DNA of 64,000 bases from Candidatus Aminicenantes bacterium (GTDB taxonomy: Bacteria > Acidobacteriota > Aminicenantia > Aminicenantales > UBA4085). The number at the start of each line of letters is the position of its first letter. The stretch's first letter is position 1. A program made the position numbers and the translations under genes. This document shows, piece by piece, positions 8,706 through 18,202 of this stretch. Location: the NCBI GenBank assembly GCA_963729855.1, contig CAVSPT010000004.1, positions 165,206 to 229,205 of the forward strand, read 5' to 3'. Below the pieces are notes generated by a model. That model saw nothing but the letters and a program-made list of their open reading frames with translations, had not been told where the DNA came from and did no database searches.

Positions 8706-10469
8706 TTATTGCTTTTCGATCCAGGCGTCGACCGTGCGCACCGCCCGGCGCCAGAGCTCGCCGTAAGGCTGGATGCGCTCGCGCGAGCGCTTGGCCGCGT
8801 CGTAGAAACCAAAGTGATCGAACTTGACCAGGAGCTTGTCGCCCAATTCCCACCACGCCGCCACGACCCGGCCGGCGTTGTCGTTGCTGAAACGGGTCAG
8901 GAATTCGGCGGCCTGGGCCGGGCTCTTGTCGTACAAAACCCGGGCCTGCTTGTCGACGTCGGGAATTTTCGTCACGGCCCCGCCCTCCCACTCGAGCTGG
9001 GCCTTTTTGACGTCCTCGATGGCCTGGCCGTAGACGACTTGGGCATGGAAATCGACGTAGTCGAAGGCCCAGCGGGCCGAAGCCCGGTTGAGCTCGAAGT
9101 GATCGCCGATATTGAAGGACTTGGGAACGGCCGTCACCCCGGCATAGAAGGGCATGTAACAGGATGTGTCCTGGGCGCCCCAGGACAGCCAGACGATGCC
9201 GCCGATCAGATCGGGGAGCCAGGACCGGCATTGGGTCACCGTCGTGTACTCGGCGTTGGCCACGCTGATCTTGCGGGTGTTGGCCCAATAGTTGGGGTTC
9301 TGGAAGGGGCCGCCGCGGATGCCTTGGACGGGGTCGAAGATCGTCCCGTAGGATTTGTCCCGGGTCAGGGCCATGACGTCCTGCACGGCCAGCTTCTTGT
9401 CCGGCTTGACCGCGAAGGGCAGATCCATGTTGGGCGTATCGGCCTTGAGCTTGAGCGACGGGGCGACCGCGTCGAAGAAGCGCCACAGCCGCTGGCGCCG
9501 GCCCTGACTGCTCAGGGCGCTGCCCTCGGCCGGAGAATAGGCCTTCTTCCAGCTGAAGGGTTTTCCCGAAGCCGGGTCGAAAAGCTTGTTCTCCACGGCG
9601 CAGGAGATGACGTTGGGCGAAGCCATGAAAAAATCTTTGTCGGCGACGTCGATCTCGCCGATGCGCGACTCGTTGGGGCAGACCGAGACGCGGTCGTCCG
9701 GCACCCGCTCCGCGCACCAGACCGCGCCGGGCTTGCCGCTGTCCGGGGTCCAGAGCGGGCCGACGGGCATGATTTCAAAGATCCAGGCCTCCCGGGGATC
9801 GGTCACGGCCAGCATCTCTCCGCTGTCGACGAAGCCGTAGCCGTATTTCTCGGCCAGCCCGCCCATGAAGGCGATGGCCTCGCGGGCGGTCTTGCAGCGC
9901 TCCATGGCCAGCAAGGTAAGCATGGTCAGGTCGGTCTTGGCCGCGGGCGTGGAATTTTCCAGCTTGCGCACGGTGCCGATCGTCGATTCGCCGAAGGCCA
10001 GCGACTGGTCGTTCATGTAGCCGAAGACGCCGTGCATGTAACCGTAGGTGTGGGCGGGTTCAGGGATCTCGACCCCGGTGAAGTCCTTCTTGATGAGGTC
10101 CCACTTCAGCCCTTCCTTGGGCGGCCAGGCTTTGATCTGGGAAATGTGATAGAGCTTTCGCAGCTCGCCGGGCTTGTGGTCGGCCGCGGGCACTTTCCTC
10201 CAGGTCCAGTCGCAGGACCCGCAGTCGGCCGTGTGGGTGGCCATCACCGATCCGTCGGCCGAAGCTTCCTTGCCGACCAGAATGGCGGTGCAGTGGTCGT
10301 TGGGAGGGGAATCGTATTCGCCGATGGTTTCAGGGGCGGCGGCAGGGGCCCCAGGCCCTGCCTGGGGATCATGGTCCGCCATGCCCGTCGGCGTGATCGA
10401 AACGCAGACGAGAGCCCCTCCGAGGATGAGGAGGAAGGTCAAAAGGGGTCTAGGGGCGATGCGCTTCAC
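8706..10469 (-). CDS. C69 family dipeptidase (Ntn hydrolase), paralog 1
   Basis: AAGGAG RBS before the GTG at 10469, signal region, 'HCTAILVG' nucleophile Cys. Highly similar to 6966-8687. Confidence 0.88.
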   Translation of the reverse strand: MKRIAPRPLLTFLLILGGALVCVSITPTGMADHDPQAGPGAPAAAPETIGEYDSPPNDHCTAILVGKEASADGSVMATHTADCGSCDWTWRKVPAADHKPGELRKLYHISQIKAWPPKEGLKWDLIKKDFTGVEIPEPAHTYGYMHGVFGYMNDQSLAFGESTIGTVRKLENSTPAAKTDLTMLTLLAMERCKTAREAIAFMGGLAEKYGYGFVDSGEMLAVTDPREAWIFEIMPVGPLWTPDSGKPGAVWCAERVPDDRVSVCPNESRIGEIDVADKDFFMASPNVISCAVENKLFDPASGKPFSWKKAYSPAEGSALSSQGRRQRLWRFFDAVAPSLKLKADTPNMDLPFAVKPDKKLAVQDVMALTRDKSYGTIFDPVQGIRGGPFQNPNYWANTRKISVANAEYTTVTQCRSWLPDLIGGIVWLSWGAQDTSCYMPFYAGVTAVPKSFNIGDHFELNRASARWAFDYVDFHAQVVYGQAIEDVKKAQLEWEGGAVTKIPDVDKQARVLYDKSPAQAAEFLTRFSNDNAGRVVAAWWELGDKLLVKFDHFGFYDAAKRSRERIQPYGELWRRAVRTVDAWIEKQ

Positions 10470-10524
10470 GCAAAATCTCCTTGGGGTCGGCCGGGCGGAC
10501 GCCGCGCCGGGCTCTGGCCGTGGT

Positions 10525-11688
10525 TCATTCGTAATAGACCGATTTCGGATCGGCCTTGGCCGGGTCGTGATAATACGTTCCGATGCCGTTCCGGACGATC
10601 TCGGCATAGCGGGGGAATCCGCTCAGCGTGATGGCCCGCTGGGGATTCTTCTTGCTGAACTGCCTCAGGATCTCCAGGACGACGCTGGCATGCTGGCCGA
10701 CCCGCTTGTCCATGGGCCAGCCGGTCTCGTCGTAGGGGACGAACAGCTTCTTCTTTCCGGCCAGGCTCAGCAGGAACGGATCTTTGCCGTCGAGCAGAAG
10801 CTTGACCGTTTTGGGCCCGGTCGGCTGGTCGAGGAAGGGAATGGGGGCCTCCAGCAGGAAGGGCAGGGTGTCGGAATAATCGCCGATTTCCCGGTGCGAC
10901 AGCCCGCGGAAATTCGAAGGCGACGGCTCGACGTGATTGTCGAAGCCTTCCATGGCCTTGACCGTCATCGAGGCCATCGTGGCGATCTTGGCCGATTTTT
11001 GCGGGGCGACGATGCAGTTGGTGACCGGAAACATGGTTTCCGCTCCGTGAAGATCGAAGGCCACGTCGATCTTTTCCCTGCGCATCAGCTCCATGGCCGC
11101 GTACGTGACCCGTTCCATGAGCGGGCCGTTCGGCCGCCCCGGCCAGGTCCGGTTGGTGTTGCGGACGTCGACGTAAGAGAGGGCCTGACGTTCGGGGTAA
11201 TGAATATAGACGTCGGGGTCCGGCCACTGGTCGAGCGGCGAGGCGTCGCGGTTGCCCAAGCGGAAGCGGATCCTGCCCCAGTCCGTGGGAATATCGAAGT
11301 AGAGGGGGTAGCCGTCGCCGGGCTTGGTGTTGCGGCCGCCGGAGGCGTTGAACGTCGGGATCACATAGAGCGTGCCCTTGTCGACGACGGCGTTCTCGAT
11401 CACGGCCATCATGGCCAGCAGGCCGGCCGGCTCGTTGGCGTGGGTGTTCGACATGATGAGGGCTTTGCCGCCGGGCTCTTTTCCCTCCAGGACGAAGACG
11501 TCGATGTCGGCCATGGTGCCTTTGAGGGTCGGCGCGTAATCGCTGAGCTTGATGACCTTGGTGACCCCCGGCCCGGCCACGAAGGGTGTCCCGGCATGGC
11601 GGTGCCGGTAGAGCGGCACGGCGCCCCAGACGGTGATCGCGCCGATGACGGCGACAAGGACGATCTTGACGGTGAGTTCGTTCTTCAT
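10525..11688 (-). CDS. Succinylglutamate desuccinylase/aspartoacylase-family (M14-like) deacylase
   Basis: 'THANE' (HxxE), 'NTNR', 'DLHGA' and an N-terminal membrane anchor. Confidence 0.8.
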   Translation of the reverse strand: MKNELTVKIVLVAVIGAITVWGAVPLYRHRHAGTPFVAGPGVTKVIKLSDYAPTLKGTMADIDVFVLEGKEPGGKALIMSNTHANEPAGLLAMMAVIENAVVDKGTLYVIPTFNASGGRNTKPGDGYPLYFDIPTDWGRIRFRLGNRDASPLDQWPDPDVYIHYPERQALSYVDVRNTNRTWPGRPNGPLMERVTYAAMELMRREKIDVAFDLHGAETMFPVTNCIVAPQKSAKIATMASMTVKAMEGFDNHVEPSPSNFRGLSHREIGDYSDTLPFLLEAPIPFLDQPTGPKTVKLLLDGKDPFLLSLAGKKKLFVPYDETGWPMDKRVGQHASVVLEILRQFSKKNPQRAITLSGFPRYAEIVRNGIGTYYHDPAKADPKSVYYE

Positions 11689-11707
11689 GGTCGTATCCTC
11701 GGACGCG

Positions 11708-11863
11708 TCACTTGACCCGCAGGATCCGCAGCAGGAGCGGGACGATGACGAGCAGGTAAAGGATCATGTCGTTGACGCTTTTTTTCTCGCGGACGAAATT
11801 CCAGCCGAGCAAGCCGACGACGAAAGCGGTGATGATGTAATAGAGGATGGTGATGAGGGGCAT
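11708..11863 (-). CDS. 51-aa two-helix membrane protein, below the ORF-track cutoff
   Basis: AAGGAG RBS, then MPLITILYYIITAFVVGLLGWNFVREKKSVNDMILYLLVIVPLLLRILRVK*. It fills the gap between the permease and deacylase with operon spacing. Confidence 0.75.
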   Translation of the reverse strand: MPLITILYYIITAFVVGLLGWNFVREKKSVNDMILYLLVIVPLLLRILRVK

Positions 11864-11875
11864 ATCCGTTCTCCT

Positions 11876-13189
11876 TCACATGCTCCAGCGGACCAGGAAC
11901 GACAGCTTGGCGCTGAAGACGATCATCAGGATGCTGGCCACGGTGATGACGAGCCAGGGCAGCCAGAGCTTCTTGAGGAACGAGCCGTAGCTGCCCTTGT
12001 AGTCCGAGACCATGACGCTCAGCCGGCCCATCAGGGCGGTCGGCGGCAGGGCGCTGCCCAGCGGCCAAAGGATGCTCAGGGCGGCGATGACGACCGTGGC
12101 GTGCAAGCCGATCGAGTTGAAGAACCAGACCAGCGGAATGCCGAGAATGGCCGCCGCCCCGAAGGTCAGGACGCCTTCCGAGACCGGGATGATCACGGCC
12201 AGCAGGATGTAGAGCAGGACGAGCGGCGTGCTGATCACGGCGAAGGAGAGCAGGCCGCGGACGCCGGTGGCGGTCATGATCTGCTGGAGCATGCCGACGA
12301 CGATCATCGTCGCCAACAGCGGCAGCAGCTTCCTGACCGTTTCGCGGGAAAGCCTCAACACGTCGATTTTCTTGGGGCTGACCAGATAGGCAACCAGGCC
12401 GGCGGCCGTGAATTCGAGCGGCAGGCCGAAGATGGGCGTCCCGAACGGCCAGATGCGGTAGGCGATGATCATGCCGAAGAAGGTGAGAAAAGGCAGGAGG
12501 ACGCGCCACCAGATCATACCGGCGGGGACCTCGGGCATGGCCGCCAGGGCCTCCTCGCGGGACATGCCGCCCTCTTTTTTCAATCCGAAGAACAAAACGG
12601 TGAACGTGCCCAGGATGAGGACCGGGATGGCCAGGGTGTAGGTGAAGCCGACGTAGGGGATGGCCGTGCCCGCGCAAAGGATCATGGCGTAGATGTTGAC
12701 CGGCGGGGCGGCGGCGGCCAGGCCGGCCACGATGAAGAGCAGGGCGGCCCGCTTCCGTTCGGGGACGCCCATGAACTTCAAGGCCATGGCCACCGGGGCT
12801 CCGACGACCAGGATGGACATGCTTCCGGCGCCGGTCAGCGCGCCGGGGATGAGGGTGATGAGCATCAGGACCAGCAGGGCCACGGCCCGGGTGTTGTAGA
12901 ACGTCCGGATCGTGCCGCGGACGATGTAATTGATGCCCCCCGATTCCCCGACGATGGCCATGAAAATCGAGGCCGTGGAGAAGACGAGCATGACGTCGAG
13001 GTAGGGAAACATCCCCTCGACAAGGTGACGGGGGAGCTCGCCGATGGGCGGCGTCTTGAGGAAGGCCCCGCCGATTCCTCCGGCCACGGCCGCGGCCAGA
13101 ATGCTCAGCTCCACGGACAGTTTTTTCGCCTTGGCCGCGGCGTACGCGACCACCATGAGGATGAGTATGAGGAGGACTTGAAGGGTCAT
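11876..13189 (-). CDS. TRAP large-subunit (DctM)/IT-superfamily permease
   Basis: About 11-12 hydrophobic segments, 'IPGALTG', 'AAPPVN' and 'ALPPTAL' hairpin motifs. Confidence 0.8.
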   Translation of the reverse strand: MTLQVLLILILMVVAYAAAKAKKLSVELSILAAAVAGGIGGAFLKTPPIGELPRHLVEGMFPYLDVMLVFSTASIFMAIVGESGGINYIVRGTIRTFYNTRAVALLVLMLITLIPGALTGAGSMSILVVGAPVAMALKFMGVPERKRAALLFIVAGLAAAAPPVNIYAMILCAGTAIPYVGFTYTLAIPVLILGTFTVLFFGLKKEGGMSREEALAAMPEVPAGMIWWRVLLPFLTFFGMIIAYRIWPFGTPIFGLPLEFTAAGLVAYLVSPKKIDVLRLSRETVRKLLPLLATMIVVGMLQQIMTATGVRGLLSFAVISTPLVLLYILLAVIIPVSEGVLTFGAAAILGIPLVWFFNSIGLHATVVIAALSILWPLGSALPPTALMGRLSVMVSDYKGSYGSFLKKLWLPWLVITVASILMIVFSAKLSFLVRWSM

Positions 13190-13207
13190 GTCTTTAGCCT
13201 ATGCGGC

Positions 13208-13293
13208 ATTGTATGCCCCCGCCCCGACCAGGGTCAAGCGCGCGGAGCCGGATCCATCCTCCCGTTGACCGGTCCGCGCATCTCGCTTAAGAT
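13208..13293. promoter_or_regulatory. Back-to-back sigma70-type promoters
   Basis: Minus: TTGACC-N18-TACAAT (13237..13208). Plus: TTGACC-N17-TAAGAT (13265-13293). Confidence 0.55.
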
Positions 13294-13302
13294 GAACTCC
13301 CC

Positions 13303-15048
13303 ATGACCCGCCACTCCCCGCGCCGGCGCGCCGTCGCCGTTCTCATTCCGGCGGTCCTCGCCGCATGCTGCGTCTCGGCCTGTCGGACCTCGCGCCTGGC
13401 CTTCTTCGACGACCAGGTCCGCGACATTCTCCGGGCGCGTTTCCTATTGGCCGAAAAAAACTCCGCTTCCTGCGGCGGCGGCATCGAGCTTTGGTCCGCC
13501 CCAGCCATTCGGGATTTATATATCCGCCGAAATGGCCGGCCCGCCTGGACCCGCGGCGGCGCGCTCCGGCCCGAAGCCGCCGCCACGTTGGAAGCGATCC
13601 GAGGCGCGCGGGCCGAGGGGCTCGATCCGGACGATTATCATTTCCGCGATCTGGACCGGCAGGCCGGCGCGTTCAACGCCAAGCCCATGGTCGGGATGGC
13701 CGAACACTGGACCGCCGCTCCGGCGGCCGCCGATTTCGACGCGGTCCTGACGGACGCGTTCCTGCTCCTGGCCTCCCATTACGCCGATGGAAAGGTCGAC
13801 CAGGACGCCAAGACGGCCCGCTGGGATGCCCTCAGCCGGAGAGTTGATCCGGTCGAAATCCTGGAACGGGGTCTCGAAGAGAAAGACCCGGCGGCGGCGC
13901 TGGCCCGGCTGCTTCCCCAGCACGGTTATTACGCGGCCCTTAAAAAAGGATACGCCCGCTATCGCGCCTTGGCCGAGAGCGGAGGATGGCCGTCAATGCC
14001 GCCGCTTCAGGCCGGCGTACGGGACCGGCGGGTCGCCATCCTGCGCGCGCGCCTGGCCGTGGAATCCGGCGAGTCATTGCCGGCGGCGAAGGCGCCCGAC
14101 GTTTTCGACGAGGCGCTGGCCCGGTCCGTCTGCGCCTTCCAGCAGCGCCACAGCCTGCCGACGACGGGAATCGTTGATGAGCCCACGCAAGCGGCTTTGA
14201 ACGTTCCCGCATCCGAACGGGCCCGGCAGATCGCCTTGAACATGGAGCGCTGGCGCTGGCTGCCTTCCGATTTCGGCGCCGCTTATGTGCTCGTCGACGT
14301 CTCGGCGTTCGAGCTGTTCGTGGTCGAGCGCGGGATCGAGCTCATGCGCATGAAAATCGTGGTCGGCACCACGGCCTGGCCGACGCCGTGCTTTGCCAGC
14401 GTCATGACCGATTTCGTCATCAACCCGTCCTGGCTGGCCCCCCAAAGCGTCCTGGCCAGGGAGCTGGTCAATTACATGAAGGCCGATCCCAACTATCTTC
14501 CCTCCAACAAAATGTTTCTCTTCCGCGGCTGGGGGGAGGAGGAGCTTCCGCTCGATCCCAAGGCCATCGATTTCGGGGCGGTCACGGAGGCCAACCTCGA
14601 TTTCCATCTCGTCCAGATGCCTGGCCCGGCCAACGTTCTGGGCCGATTCAAATTCAGCCATCCCAACCGCTACGACATCTACCTGCACGACACGCCCTAC
14701 CAGTCGGATTTCGGCCAGGCCATGCGGACCTTCAGCCACGGCTGCATCCGCATCGCCCGGCCGCTCGAGTTCGCCCTCTTCCTGCTCGGCGGAAACCGGT
14801 ATTGGACCGCGGAACGCCTGCAGGCCAAGGCCGATTCGGAGGAAGAAGGCATGGTGCCGGTCCCCCGGCGGGTCGACGTCATCGTCTATTCGGGAACAGC
14901 CTGGCCCCTCGTCGACGGATCGATCCAATTCCGCCCCGACATCTACAACGCCGATGGCTGGCTGGAGGAGGCGATCGAGGACAGGCCCCATGCGGAGATC
15001 GGGGATGAGTCCGAAAAATCAGTGATCAAGGCGGGCAAGATCAAATAG
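13303..15048 (+). CDS. L,D-transpeptidase, YcbB/LdtD-like, with peptidoglycan-binding domain
   Basis: 'FQQRHSL...GIVD' PG-binding motif, 'NMERWRW' and 'YLHDTP...SHGCIR' catalytic His/Cys. Confidence 0.9.
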   Translation: MTRHSPRRRAVAVLIPAVLAACCVSACRTSRLAFFDDQVRDILRARFLLAEKNSASCGGGIELWSAPAIRDLYIRRNGRPAWTRGGALRPEAAATLEAIRGARAEGLDPDDYHFRDLDRQAGAFNAKPMVGMAEHWTAAPAAADFDAVLTDAFLLLASHYADGKVDQDAKTARWDALSRRVDPVEILERGLEEKDPAAALARLLPQHGYYAALKKGYARYRALAESGGWPSMPPLQAGVRDRRVAILRARLAVESGESLPAAKAPDVFDEALARSVCAFQQRHSLPTTGIVDEPTQAALNVPASERARQIALNMERWRWLPSDFGAAYVLVDVSAFELFVVERGIELMRMKIVVGTTAWPTPCFASVMTDFVINPSWLAPQSVLARELVNYMKADPNYLPSNKMFLFRGWGEEELPLDPKAIDFGAVTEANLDFHLVQMPGPANVLGRFKFSHPNRYDIYLHDTPYQSDFGQAMRTFSHGCIRIARPLEFALFLLGGNRYWTAERLQAKADSEEEGMVPVPRRVDVIVYSGTAWPLVDGSIQFRPDIYNADGWLEEAIEDRPHAEIGDESEKSVIKAGKIK

Positions 15049-15117
15049 TCGGGCCTGCGGACGAACCGTCGCACTGGATTCCTGACCCCATCGACAGCCC
15101 GCGTCGGATGAAGGGGA

Positions 15118-15870
15118 TCAATAGAGCAGTTGGAAGGCGATGCCGTATTTGTTTAGCGCTAGGGCGTATCGCTCTCCGCGCTCGCGGAAGAAAGCATCGG
15201 TCAGCGCCGCGCCGAGCCCCAGCCGCTCGTAGATCCCGCGGACCTGGTGGACATAGTTCATGCGGTCGACCAGGGCCTCGTCGACGGCGCCGGCCAGGCG
15301 CTCGACCAGCCGCTCCGGATCTCCGAGCAGGATCGGACCGATGAAGGCCGCCGTTCGGATCCCGGCTTCGTGAAAGCGGGCCAGCGCGGCGATCCGCTCG
15401 GCGACGGTCGAAGCCCCCGGCTCGAAGCGGCGGGCGATCGCCTCATCCCCGGTGGCGATCGAGAACGTGACGCGGGCCTCGGGGAACCGGCGGATCACGT
15501 CGAGGTCGGCCAGAGCGCGGGCCGACTTGGTTTGAACGAGGACCGGGCGGCCGGCTTCGAGCAGTTGAATCAGGCAGCGGCGGGTCAGGCCGAAGCGCTC
15601 TTCCGCGGGCTGGTAGGGATCGCAGACGGAGGAGACCCACACGTTTCCGGGCTTGGCCCGCTGGAGCTGCCGGCGCAGGACGTCGGGAGCGTTGACCTTG
15701 GCGTCGACGAACGTCCCCCAGGGCTCGGCGTGGCCGGAGTAGCGGGGGATGAACAGCCGGGCGTAGCAATACAGGCAGCCGACGCCGCACCCGGTATAGG
15801 GATTGACGCAGTAGTCGTGGATCTTGGAGGCGTTGAGGATCGACTTGGCCTGGATCTCCCGGATGATCAC
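15118..15870 (-). CDS. Radical SAM protein, SplB/Rv2578c-like
   Basis: 'NPYTGCGVGCLYCYA' (CxxxCxxC), 'DPYQPAE', 'QTKS' and 'FEPGA'. Confidence 0.85.
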   Translation of the reverse strand: MIIREIQAKSILNASKIHDYCVNPYTGCGVGCLYCYARLFIPRYSGHAEPWGTFVDAKVNAPDVLRRQLQRAKPGNVWVSSVCDPYQPAEERFGLTRRCLIQLLEAGRPVLVQTKSARALADLDVIRRFPEARVTFSIATGDEAIARRFEPGASTVAERIAALARFHEAGIRTAAFIGPILLGDPERLVERLAGAVDEALVDRMNYVHQVRGIYERLGLGAALTDAFFRERGERYALALNKYGIAFQLLY

Positions 15871-15950
15871 CTGTTCATTGTGCTTGCTTTTTTCGCCCTG
15901 ATCAATATAAAAAAGGGCGGGACGAAAATTCGCCGGAATGGAGGGCGGCC

Positions 15951-17354
15951 ATGAAACGTGATTCCATGCTCCGCACGGGCTCGATGCTCGTTCTCTGCGC
16001 GCTGGGGGCGGCGCTCCTCATCGGATCCGCCGCGGCCGCCGAAACCCCGGCTCAAAAGGAGGCCCGCATGAAATGGTGGACCGAGGCCCGCTTCGGCATG
16101 TTCATCCACTGGGGGTTGTACGCCCTGCCGGCCCGCCACGAGTGGGTGAAGAACAACGAGCACATCACCGACGCCGAGTACCAGAAGTACTTCGACCACT
16201 TCAATCCCGATCTTTATGACCCCAGGGCCTGGGCCAAAGCGGCCAAGGCGGCGGGGATGAAATACTTCGTCGTCACCACCAAGCACCACGAGGGCTTCTG
16301 CCTGTTCGATTCGAAGTTCACGGATTACAAGGCGACCAAGACCCCTTACGGCAAGGACCTCATCGCCCCGCTGGTTGCGGCCATGCGCGAAGAAGGGCTC
16401 AAGGTCGGCTTCTATTATTCGCTCTTGGATTGGCACCATCCCGAATACCCCGTCGACGAGAACCATCCCCAGGCCGGCGACGCCGCATTCCGGGACAAGG
16501 CCAAGGGCCGCGACATCAAGAAGTATGCCGAATACGTCCGCAACCAGGTCCGCGAGATCCTGACCGGCTACGGCACGATCGATTGCCTTTTCCTCGATTT
16601 TTCCTTCCCGGGCAAGGACGGCAAGGGCCGGAACGACTGGGAATCGGAAAAGTTGCTGGCCATGATCCGCGAGCTCCAGCCGAACATCGTCATCAACGAC
16701 CGCCTCGACCTTCTGGACGTCCCGGGCGGCTGGGACTTCCGCACGCCCGAGCAATTCATGCCCCGGGAGTGGGTGACGATGAACGGACAAAAAGTCCCCT
16801 GGGAGACCTGCCAGACGTTCTCCGGAAGCTGGGGCTATCATCGGGACGAGGCCACCTGGAAGAGCGTCCGCCAGCTGGTGGCCATGCTGATCGAGGTCGT
16901 CAGCAAGGGCGGAAATCTGATCCTGAATGTCGGCCCGACCGCCCGGGGCGCGTTCGATGCCCGGGCCCTGGAGCGGCTGGAAGGGATCGGCCGGTGGACG
17001 AGCCTGCACGGCCGTTCGATCTACGGCTGCACCGAAGCGCCCGCTGAATTTCCCAAGCCGGACAATTGTCTGCTGACGTACAATCCGGCGGCCAAACGCC
17101 TTTACGTCCACGTCCTGGAATGGCCGATGGGCGCCCTCGTCCTCGACGGCTTCGGCGGCAAGGTCCAGTACGCCCAGCTCCTCAACGACGCTTCGGAGAT
17201 CCCCTTCCGCGATTCTTCGAAGGGCGGCGATCTGGGTTACGAGGGCTTCCTGCCCGGCGGGAAGAAGGGGCCCGACGGAGGCGCGGTCGTCCTGCGCCTG
17301 CCCGTTCTCAAGCCGAACGTCGAAGTGCCGGTCATCGAGCTGTTTCTGAAATAA
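15951..17354 (+). CDS. Alpha-L-fucosidase (GH29), secreted
   Basis: 'RFGMFIHWG', 'KHHEGF', 'YYSLLDW', 'SWGY' and 'GGNLILNVGP'. Confidence 0.92.
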   Translation: MKRDSMLRTGSMLVLCALGAALLIGSAAAAETPAQKEARMKWWTEARFGMFIHWGLYALPARHEWVKNNEHITDAEYQKYFDHFNPDLYDPRAWAKAAKAAGMKYFVVTTKHHEGFCLFDSKFTDYKATKTPYGKDLIAPLVAAMREEGLKVGFYYSLLDWHHPEYPVDENHPQAGDAAFRDKAKGRDIKKYAEYVRNQVREILTGYGTIDCLFLDFSFPGKDGKGRNDWESEKLLAMIRELQPNIVINDRLDLLDVPGGWDFRTPEQFMPREWVTMNGQKVPWETCQTFSGSWGYHRDEATWKSVRQLVAMLIEVVSKGGNLILNVGPTARGAFDARALERLEGIGRWTSLHGRSIYGCTEAPAEFPKPDNCLLTYNPAAKRLYVHVLEWPMGALVLDGFGGKVQYAQLLNDASEIPFRDSSKGGDLGYEGFLPGGKKGPDGGAVVLRLPVLKPNVEVPVIELFLK

Positions 17355-17390
17355 GCGAACCGGACGAAACGACGCGGCCGGCCCGCCGCC

Positions 17391-18173
17391 TTAAACTTTC
17401 TGCCAGTCCGGCTTGTGATCGTAGACCCAGCGGTAATAATCGGACCTGGTCAGCGCCGAGGCCGCTTCCTCGTCCAGAAGCAGGACGGCCCGCGGATGCA
17501 TCTGAAGGACCGAGGCCGGGACCATGGCCGTGATCGGTCCCTCGGCCATGGCGGCGACGGCCTTGGCTTTCTTGAGGCCGAAGGCCAGGAGAAGGCAGGC
17601 GCGGCTTTCCATGATCGTCCCGATGCCCATGGTGATGACATGGTAAGGGACCTGCTCCGGCCTGGAGAAAGCGGCGGAATTGTCGCGGCGCGTCCTTTCC
17701 GTCAGCGTCTTGATGCGTGTCCGCGAGGCCAGTGACGACGTCGGCTCGTTAAAGCCGATGTGTCCGTCGGATCCCACGCCCAGCACCTGGATGTCGATCC
17801 CGCCGCAGGCCCGGATCTCCTCCTCGTAGGCCCGGCATGTCCGCTCGACGTCGGGGGCGGTGCCGTCCGGGATGTGGACGCCGGCCGGCGGGACGTTGAT
17901 ATGGTCGAAGAGGCGGGCCTTCATGAAGGCGTGATAGGACGCCGGATGGTCGGGAGACAGGCCGATGAATTCGTCGAGGTTGAACGTCCGGACCCGGACG
18001 AAATCAAGGCGTTCCTCCCGGTGCATCCGGGCCAGCTCGGCGTACAGGGGGATGGGCGAGTTGCCGGTGGCCAGCCCGAGGACGGAATCGGGCCGCCGGC
18101 GGATCTGGCGGGCGATGATGCGGGCCCCGATCCGGCTGGCCGACGCCGGGTCCGGCTGAATGATGATTTCCAT
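17391..18173 (-). CDS. nagB: Glucosamine-6-phosphate deaminase
   Basis: Likely start MEIIIQ at 18173, 'GLATGNSP', 'FNLDEF', 'DGHIGFNEP' and 'TMGIGTI'. Confidence 0.93.
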   Translation of the reverse strand: MEIIIQPDPASASRIGARIIARQIRRRPDSVLGLATGNSPIPLYAELARMHREERLDFVRVRTFNLDEFIGLSPDHPASYHAFMKARLFDHINVPPAGVHIPDGTAPDVERTCRAYEEEIRACGGIDIQVLGVGSDGHIGFNEPTSSLASRTRIKTLTERTRRDNSAAFSRPEQVPYHVITMGIGTIMESRACLLLAFGLKKAKAVAAMAEGPITAMVPASVLQMHPRAVLLLDEEAASALTRSDYYRWVYDHKPDWQKV

Positions 18174-18202
18174 GGCACTTCGTCCTTTCCTCGGGACGCG
18201 GG

